From NCBI RefSeq assembly GCF_006345805.1, contig NW_021829705.1, positions 1 through 5,991 of the forward strand: a stretch of 5,991 nt of DNA. Reading direction: 5' to 3'. Below, one piece after another: positions 1-5,991 of the stretch. Under the pieces are notes generated by a model that had not been told where the DNA came from, did not search any database, and saw nothing but the letters and a program-made list of their open reading frames with translations. The position numbers and the translations under genes were made by a program. This stretch comes from Octopus sinensis. Its lineage: Eukaryota. The first letter of the stretch is position 1, and every line of letters begins with the position of its first letter.

Positions 1-206
1 TTAGCTTCTTCTTTTCGTCTCAATAATCTGTGAAGACGAGCTGTCGTCGTGTTTCACTTGTTGCTTACGAATAATTTATTTCACTTCAGCCGTGAAGATA
101 AAATAATTTATTTGCTTTAACAATTCTTGCCTCACTTGTCTTACACTTGCCTTTTCTCCTCCAACAGAATTTCACATATCATTTAGATTAATATTCTTCT
201 TACTCC

Positions 207-344
207 TGTTGTTGTTGTTGCTCTTCTTCTTCTTCTTCTTCTTCTTCTTCTTCTTCTTCTTCTTCTTCTTCTTCTTCTTCTTCTTCTTCTTCTTCTTCTT
301 CTTCTTCTTCTTCTTCTTCTTCTTCTTCTTCTTCTTCTTCTTCT
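207..344. repeat. Compound trinucleotide microsatellite: (GTT)4 followed by pure (TCT)41
   Basis: Read directly: GTT units at about 208-220 and uninterrupted TCT at 222-344 (123 bp). This explains the poly-Arg ORF 183..449(-). Confidence 0.98.
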
Positions 345-972
345 AATCGCCAAATAGTCGGTTACTGTCAGAGGATTTTTGATCAGAATTTGTTTTTGGT
401 TTTTAGATCCCATAAAGTTTCTCGTATCGCTTATACTGTACTGCTTCATATACAGTAAATTGGATCAATCTAACTTACGCATAATTAAGCTCAATGCACA
501 GATCTATTCTAATGTTCAGCTACCCCAGAAACGGCTGTAAAGAAGAGCCACCTACTAGTCATCACTACAAGCTTTTCATCTGTGATCTAAAGGTGTTTTC
601 TTACCTATTTACATAGAATCAACATGAAACACTTCAAATTCTCATCTTCCTCTTCAACGACCTTATTGTACAACTTTTCTAGATTTGTACCCGTCTGCGC
701 TGAATTATCGTTAATTTTCACCTTCCAGATTTGCTGTCTCTTTTATACACATATGTTAAGATATCCAGCGGTGAAAATCTACGATCACGTTCAAGTGTGG
801 AACTAAGTGGTAAGAATGAATGCGCACATTTGATTTTTTTAAATATCTTTTAATGAGGATGGTGGGAAGAGTAGGCAGCCCTGGGTTGAATGCATGATAC
901 AAAATATACGCTGCTAAATGCACCTAAGTCAGTGTTAAACCGGACAACGAATTGCGTCTGCCATCTACGTAA

Positions 973-1010
973 GACCTACGGTGGTTTGAACACAGAACGG
1001 AAATAGATTC
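973..1010 (-). mobile_element. Short, decayed tRNA-derived SINE head fragment
   Basis: The minus strand reads ...ccgttctgtGTTCAAACCaccgtaggtc, a B-box-like motif. The context resembles an abundant octopus SINE head (...cgttctgagttcaaattccgccgaggtc) recalled from memory and not verified. Confidence 0.3.
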
Positions 1011-1103
1011 GGTTTTTTAACTCAGGACGTGTTGGGTTCTTACCGTTCCTCCCATCCAACAATCTCGATCTGTGCTTTTTATCGACCCCGAAGCGAATTC
1101 GCA

Positions 1104-1158
1104 TGATCAGGTGGTTAGAGTATTGCAATTACGATCGCAAGGTCGTAGTTTCGATTCC
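1104..1158 (+). promoter_or_regulatory. Degenerate Pol III type-2 internal promoter (A and B boxes) of the SINE
   Basis: A box 1104-1114 and B box 1148-1158 lie at tRNA-like spacing; both deviate from consensus. Confidence 0.65.
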
Positions 1159-1365
1159 CGCACCAAGAAGTGCAGTGTGTTGCTGAGCAAAACACTTCAA
1201 TTCTTGTTGCTCCAGTCTACTCAGCTGTAAATGAGGAACAACCATGCGATGGACTGGCATCTTTCTCAGAGGAATGTTGTGATCTCGGTTACTCATACGC
1301 CATGGAAACTAGGTAATCAGCTTTGTGAGTCCTGGGACTCGATACAGTAATGTCCAGGGTTTGGC

Positions 1366-1419
1366 GATGATGGTGGCGGTGGTGGTGGTGGTGATGATGA
1401 TGGTGATGATGATGATGAG
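1366..1419. repeat. (GAT/GGT)n compound triplet tract forming the SINE tail
   Basis: gatgatggtggcggtggtggtggtggtgatgatgatggtgatgatgatgatgag read directly. Confidence 0.95.
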
Positions 1420-1544
1420 GAAAAGATTGAGGGCAGAGTTGACAAAGACAAGATTTGATCTCTGTTCTTCATCGTTTCATATGCATCTTTGTACAGAATT
1501 GAATGACCTCGTTTTGACAGCGTCTTTTCCGAATCTTCCTGTCC

Positions 1545-1681
1545 TACACACACTTTCTCAAACACACAAACGCACCAGCACATACAATCTCTGTCTTTCT
1601 CATACACTCTCCAACACACACAGTCTCTCATATATACAAATAAACACTCTCTCTGACACACACGTTCTCTCTCTCTCTCTC

Positions 1682-1720
<39 letters not shown>

Positions 1721-1752
1721 CGCCCTCTCTCTCTCTCCCATCTCTTTCTCTC
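1545..1752. repeat. Degenerate (CA)/(CT) tract grading into near-pure (CT)n at about 1666-1716
   Basis: Read directly. It accounts for the SL-, ER- and TH-rich ORFs 1317..1790, 1325..1813 and 1682..1876. Confidence 0.92.
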
Positions 1753-2283
1753 TTTGTTTCCCATTCAGTTCCTTCCCGCACGTAAAACAACCTCCGTCGA
1801 ACTCTCGTTCTAATCTCTTTTTTCTTTCCGTATTATCTCTTCCCCTTCCACAAACAGTGAAATCATTTTTATCCAATATGACTTCATAGTCGGGCAGTTT
1901 TATTGCCCAACATTGCTTCTTTCCCTACATTATCTGTCGGCTGTTTTCGGTCCTATAAAGATTTATGAGGGAGAACAACTTTTCAATGACTGAACGAGAT
2001 ATGTCGGTATCATTCACAAACTCGCAGACATTTTCAGGCCATTAAATTTATAAATAAACATTAGTCAGCGAAGCAAGGGAAAGAAGGGTGATGTGTGGCG
2101 TGTGTGGGGTGGGGGAAGTGCCCTTCACCTTTCCAGGCTGTCCTAGATTAATGAAGTAGTTGATACCCGGCATATACAACTGAAAGTAGATGTCCGGCGC
2201 AAAACGTGGTCGAGGTTTCGAACTGTGGGCTGAGTCTGATTGCTTGCAGCAACAGAAACTTCAAGGAAGGCAGCAAATGACTT

Positions 2284-2545
2284 GGTTGCTGGTGTTGTTT
2301 AATTCTGATGGATAATCTTGTGATCAACGAGGTTCCAGTCGTGACCATCATCTATTTGTATCAGTCAAATAACCGATCCAAGTTAAAAACCCAAGTTCCA
2401 ACTTACTTCCTTAAAAGAAGAAGGATGAATTGCCTTAAGTATTCTTTTTTGTTCAATATGTAGTAATTTATATGGGTAGGAAGGATATATTAGACTACTA
2501 CTTCTAGAAGGTCGAGTGGCAGCTAAGAAGCTCCTTCGTTGGCTC
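2284..2545. mobile_element. Decayed interspersed repeat, family not assigned
   Basis: The segments tgatcaacgaggttccagtcgtgaccatc (about 2321-2349) and actacttctagaaggtcgagtggcagctaagaagctccttcgttggctc (about 2497-2545) resemble a high-copy octopus repeat recalled from memory (...tgatcaaaggcattccagccatgaccatc... and ...gctatttctagcaggtcgagcgacc...gctccctcgttggctc). Not verified by search. Confidence 0.4.
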
Positions 2546-2650
2546 TCTAGATGGTGGTGGTGTTAAGCATAGGCAAATATAGGCTTCACAAACACCATAC
2601 AACATAAATTCCTGATTCATTAACTTACAAGTGATAAGGTTGGACAAATA

Positions 2651-2693
2651 TCGTGCTGATGACGGCTACTGAGCCAGAAACATGTACTCATGA
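2651..2693 (+). ncRNA. Minimal type I hammerhead-ribozyme-like motif, probably degenerate
   Basis: CTGATGA at 2656-2662. Helix II ggct/agcc with an ACTG loop (2664-2675), closed by a C.A mismatch. GAAA at 2677-2680. Palindromic helix III ACATGT at 2680-2685. GUA triplet at 2684-2686. Helix I candidate tcgtg (2651-2655) / catga (2689-2693), offset by 2 nt. Confidence 0.55.
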
Positions 2694-2768
2694 CTCTTCT
2701 CTTATCTTCACACAACAAGCCTGTCTTTTCTCCTCAACGGCATGTCAGTTTTGCAGAAATCTTGAGCC

Positions 2769-3367
2769 TTATGATTATCTCCCCTTCTCCTATGTAGCTG
2801 GTCACAATTGCCATTTGATAATCATGCTACATCCTCTAGAGGCAGAGATTATTTTAATAAATTAACAAACTCACTCTATACATCGATAGACTGTTTAAAC
2901 ACAGCAGATTCTTCGTTTTCAAAATCAAATAATGTTAAGAACAATTACAGAGATAGTAACCATTCTCACAGTAACAATGCTCTTCTCATGTGACGTACCA
3001 ATGAAAACAATCTTTTGCACTCCTTGCAGGGTTGGTATTTGAAGAGACATTCTGAAATAATTTTCAGGTCCTTTTTCTTTTAATCATTGCTCCTACAAGC
3101 ACTGGCATCGTAACCATATTGAGATGCCAGAATTTCCCGATTTCAATGAGCAAATCTTCATATATTTCCGATCTTGTCAAAATTTTTCTTTTTGCTGAGA
3201 TATTACGATCACAAGGAATACACAAATCGGTAAACAAACAGACTTCATTGTTTTGGACTTTCACAACAATATCCAGTTTATTAGCTTTGATCGTCCTGTC
3301 TATATGTACTGGAAAATCCCAAAGAATCGGTACACTTTCTCCTTCAGTTACAACCTCAGGATGGTAC
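2769..3367 (-). mobile_element. 5'-truncated R4/Dong-clade non-LTR retrotransposon: RLE coding remnant, 3' UTR and residual TAA-like tail
   Basis: The minus-strand translation matches the characteristic R4/Dong endonuclease C-terminus (see the pseudogene feature). The stop is at 2968-2966 and is followed by about 190 nt of putative 3' UTR ending ...ggagaaggggag-ATAATCATAA (2778-2769). The 3' boundary is approximate. Confidence 0.85.
2966..3366 (-). pseudogene. Frameshifted restriction-like endonuclease (RLE, PD-(D/E)xK) domain of the LINE ORF
   Basis: YHPEVVTEGESVPILWDFPVHIDRTIKANKLDIVVKVQNNEVCLFTDLCIPCDRNISAK / FDKIG / YEDLLIEIGKFWHLNMVTMPVLVGAMIK / GPENYFRMSLQIPTLQGVQKIVFIGTSH / RRALLL*. 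This follows the family pattern ILWDF.I.TD..I.ANRPDIV...C...D..IP.D.N...KE..K..KY.DL..EI...W......PV.VGALG....QK..L.GT.H.LR..L. The ORF track shows only the 3064..3264 part. Confidence 0.88.
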
Positions 3368-3423
3368 TAACCAATTAACTAATCGGTCGTTTAATTAATC
3401 GTTCGGTAAATCAATTAGCTAGG
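3368..3423. repeat. Decayed 4-nt-period repeat at the LINE 5' junction
   Basis: taac caat taac taat cggt cgtt taat taat cgtt cggt aaat caat tagc tagg, read directly in 4-nt phase. Confidence 0.7.
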
Positions 3424-3605
3424 TTTGTCAAAACCCTTTCGTTACAGTTAGCAACCGCTTGCACTTTTTACTCAGTCAAGCAAGTGATTATTTAGTTGGT
3501 TTAATAATTAACAAAATGAATAATAAAAATAAAGAAGTGAAACAGAATCAGAGCGTGTGTTTGATTCTTATAATGACTCTTCCAAGATGCAGCAAAATAG
3601 AAAAA

Positions 3606-3698
3606 TCCGGACACGATTTGAACTCATGATATAAAGATTACAGCACTTAGAATATTGGTATGCGTTTATTACTGTGTTATACCAGATCTGCCATCACC
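3606..3698 (-). mobile_element. Decayed tRNA-derived SINE head with no recognisable body
   Basis: Minus strand: A-box-like TGGCAGATCTGGT (3693-3681) and B-box GAGTTCAAATC (3625-3615), about 55 nt apart. Confidence 0.5.
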
Positions 3699-3711
3699 AA
3701 GAATGATTACA

Positions 3712-3792
3712 AAAAAAGTATGAAAGAAAGGGAGAGAAAAAGAAAGGGAAAAGAAGGAGGACAAGGAGAAAGACGTAAACCAGAACAAGAAC
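3712..3792. repeat. Purine-rich (A/G) low-complexity tract
   Basis: aaaaaaagtatgaaagaaagggagagaaaaagaaagggaaaagaaggaggacaaggagaaag... read directly. Confidence 0.8.
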
Positions 3793-3881
3793 ATTCGAGC
3801 GTCAGACGGGACCCTAAAGACTTTTTAATTATCGGAATTAACTTTTAGAGAGATTCCAGCTTAGCATTTTTCGAGTTGCTT

Positions 3882-3933
3882 TGTGTGTGTTCGTGGTGTT
3901 GGTGTGTGTGTGTGTGTGTGTGGTGTGGTGTGT

Positions 3934-3980
<47 letters not shown>

Positions 3981-4150
3981 TGTGTGTGTGCGTGTATACA
4001 CACACACAGATATACACACACATATATATACATATATATATATATACATATATAAATATATACATTTATACATGTATATATATATATAAATGTGTGTGTG
4101 TGCATGCGTGTATGTTCGTGTGAACCATTGTGTGCGCATGTGCGTGTGCA
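3882..4150. repeat. Compound dinucleotide array: interrupted (GT)n, then (CA)n, (TA)n and (TG)n
   Basis: GT with GG interruptions at 3882-3996, CA at about 3998-4022, TA-rich at about 4023-4090, TG/TGCG at 4091-4150. This explains all the VC-, TH- and YI-rich ORFs between 3838 and 4223. Confidence 0.97.
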
Positions 4151-4552
4151 CTGGAGGGAATATCATATGGTTTCGTATTAATCGACATTCTCTGGAAAAA
4201 AAGCAAGACAACATCCGTTTCATTTCGCTTATCCCGACACTCGTACCCCGTTATTTCACACCCTACCCGCACCCCTATCATTACTGCTGCACTCCCCATC
4301 GTCATTACCACCATCACGATCAACAATGCACCCTAACACTTCTAACCCCTCACGTAAAAATATTATTCTCAATTGTTATAAATCTTGAAAGCTTTCACTC
4401 TATAAAACCGTCAAACTTTTCCCCCATTCGCTGTGTGAAGCCTGTGCTGCGAAGATTCTAAAATAATTAGGTGAATAAGTCAATTTAGAAATATTTGTGT
4501 ATATGTAAGTATAAATATTGGTGCATACACTATGATGGCAAATTGTGATATA

Positions 4553-4874
<322 letters not shown>

Positions 4875-5161
4875 CCTCTGTGTTTGGGTTTATATTCGTG
4901 TAAAATCGAGTGCACCTGGTGGTAACCAGATCATTCATTGCAGTGCTAGACACTTGAAAAATGTGTAAAGACGCATTATGGACTGTGAATGATATCATTG
5001 AAATTGTAGGACGCATGCGCCTCTTTCTCATTCGACGATACAGTGGCGTTATTCACAGCCCATCTTGTGTCTTTACAAATGTCTAATCGGAGAAGTTTCT
5101 GATGGGAATGCCTCTGCAGCAAAATGTCTTCGCACTTCCGAGTACACCCAAACAATTGCAT

Positions 5162-5405
5162 ATAACTTTACACAAATATATTTCACCCAACACTGTTTCG
5201 CGCTGCATGGTATGTATCAGAAAATACAGAGGTCGGGGTACCAAATGTGAACTCTATCCCTGAAAAACTAAATATCATACACTCAACAGATTGCATCCTA
5301 AATGTTAGGGATGAAATCCTTTCTCCCTGCATACACAAGAAATATTTCACACTTATACACTTCAAAAAGGAACCACCACCTGTGCCGCTAATTCCACAAG
5401 GATAG
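5162..5405 (+). pseudogene. C-terminal remnant of a Penelope-like element GIY-YIG endonuclease, frameshifted
   Basis: One frame gives ITLHKYIS...IRKYRGRGTKCELYP* (C at 5246, TGA at 5261-5263). After a +1 shift at 5261/5262 the next frame gives EKLNIIHSTDCILNVRDEILSPCIHKKYFTLIHFKKEPPPVPLIPQG* (TAG at 5403-5405). This matches the Penelope C-terminal signature T.LSKYIW...PY......C.LC..EK..I......LNKRSEL...CRH; the LNxRxExxxxCxH spacing is exact. Confidence 0.72.
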
Positions 5406-5834
5406 CCCCATTTCCTGAATGTGAAATTTGAATATACATAACACGAGAACTCTACACACAGAAGATTGTGTCCCTATGACGAATACCTCAACGCACTAGC
5501 ATATGAACATGACATACACCCAGAATATAATATAAGATAATGCAAACAAATTTACCATCCAACATTGACTGTTTGTCTAAATGTCAAACCCAAAGGAGAA
5601 AATCACTCAAAAGATGTCATCCAAGAGTAGTGCCCATGATTGTTTTCTTTACAAGAATCTCCGCGAATTCAAGGAGACTTTGTGATTTTATCCAAAATGG
5701 AGACGAACACCATTTCTTCATGTGATCGGCTTGAAAAATTGTTAAGGTATAAAGATATTTTTCTTAACATGAAAACAAAGGTAGTCTTAATACACAAGTA
5801 AAAAGATTATATCCATCAATGCGATGTTGAGCAC

Positions 5835-5870
5835 TCATCATCATCATCATCATCATCATCATGCATATGC

Positions 5871-5923
<53 letters not shown>

Positions 5924-5939
5924 TGTATGTGTGTATGTG
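5835..5939. repeat. (CAT)9, a short ATGCATATGCAT palindrome, (TG)21 and degenerate TATGTG repeats
   Basis: CAT at 5836-5862, TG at 5874-5915, read directly. Confidence 0.97.
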
Positions 5940-5991
5940 AGAGGACAAACGAAAGAAAAGGGCACTCAACACATTTATGTATTATTCAAAA

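Larger units (their letters stand above)
1093..1419 (+). mobile_element. tRNA-derived SINE (probably tRNA-Arg-related, octopus OR-like) with conserved central domain and (GGT/GAT)n tail
   Basis: A-box-like TGATCAGGTGG at 1104-1114 and B-box GTTTCGATTCC at 1148-1158. Residual anticodon arm ttgcaa-ttACGa-tcgcaa at 1123-1140. CORE-like block gtgtgttgctgagcaaaacactt...ctcagctgtaaatgag at about 1175-1235. Conserved SINE block tgcgatggactggcatc at 1245-1261. Simple-repeat tail at 1366-1419. Confidence 0.85.
1076..1472 (-). mobile_element. Older SINE fragment split in two (1076-1092 and 1420-1472) by the plus-strand SINE
   Basis: Joining ttttatcgaccccgaa (1077-1092) to agattgagggcagagttgac...atttgatctc (from 1423) gives a continuous match to a recalled octopus SINE segment (ttttatcgaccccgaaaggatgaaaggcaaagtcgac...atttgaactc). 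GAA is present at both junctions. The consensus is from memory. Confidence 0.45.

Noticed and set aside
150-200. Acceptor-like ccttttctcctccaacag at about 150-168
   Set aside because: Two frames stop within 8 codons and the third runs into poly-Leu/Phe from the microsatellite.
183-449. Poly-Arg ORF (88 aa, minus strand)
   Set aside because: It is a translation of (AGA)41 and has no other coding signal.
434-457. 7-bp inverted repeat TACTGTA/TACAGTA
   Set aside because: Short, AT-rich and expected by chance in 6 kb.
599-742. Minus-strand 45-codon open frame (KRQQIWKVKINDNSAQTGTNLEKLYNKVVEEEDENLKCFMLILCK*) ending at a consensus AG|GTAAGA donor (605/604)
   Set aside because: The frame ends in TAG at the donor and is bounded upstream by TAA with no clear acceptor. 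I recognise no homology. A UTR exon cannot be excluded without RNA data.
1104-1165. Possible tRNA gene
   Set aside because: There is no acceptor stem or proper cloverleaf, and the sequence continues into SINE body; it is a SINE head.
2077-2115. Four G-runs as a possible G-quadruplex
   Set aside because: It needs a 17-nt central loop, so it is a weak candidate, and there is no functional context.
3102-3130. 8-bp inverted repeat CTGGCATC/GATGCCAG
   Set aside because: It lies inside LINE coding sequence with a 13-nt spacer and is most likely coincidental.
3119-3370. Plus-strand 83-aa ORF
   Set aside because: It is the antisense shadow of the RLE reading frame.
973-3698. Apparent minus-strand bias of retroelements, which could indicate a host intron
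   Set aside because: There are too few elements, and the main SINE and the Penelope fragment are on the plus strand.
3838-4461. Cluster of overlapping ORFs (VC-, TH-, YI- and His-rich)
   Set aside because: These derive from dinucleotide repeats and a degenerate CAY/ACC tract at about 4255-4330.
4971-5086. Possible YIG-like 'RRYSG' motif upstream of the Penelope fragment
   Set aside because: The match is poor and the spacing to the TLxKYI motif (42 codons) is longer than I expect for the family.
5718-5750. tgtgatcggcttgaaa as a second, decayed hammerhead downstream of the Penelope fragment
   Set aside because: It lacks CTGANGA and any supporting helices.

Overview
Eukaryotic, AT-rich, microsatellite-saturated non-coding DNA (intronic or intergenic). 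I see no intact host gene. Most supplied ORFs are translations of simple repeats or the antisense of decayed transposons. The repeat types suggest an octopus/cephalopod genome; this is an inference from my recall of repeat families, not a search. Recognisable content: (1) a 5'-truncated, frameshifted R4/Dong-clade LINE on the minus strand (about 2769-3367) encoding the C-terminal restriction-like endonuclease; (2) a frameshifted C-terminal fragment of a Penelope-type GIY-YIG endonuclease on the plus strand (about 5162-5405), which the ORF track misses; (3) a tRNA-derived SINE (1093-1419) that appears to be nested inside an older, oppositely oriented SINE; (4) further decayed SINE heads; (5) many simple and compound microsatellites. 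The most interesting signal is a minimal type I hammerhead-ribozyme-like motif at 2651-2693 (CUGAUGA, hairpin, GAAA, palindromic ACAUGU, GUA). Its core is intact but its helices are imperfect, so it is probably a decayed Penelope- or retrozyme-type ribozyme.
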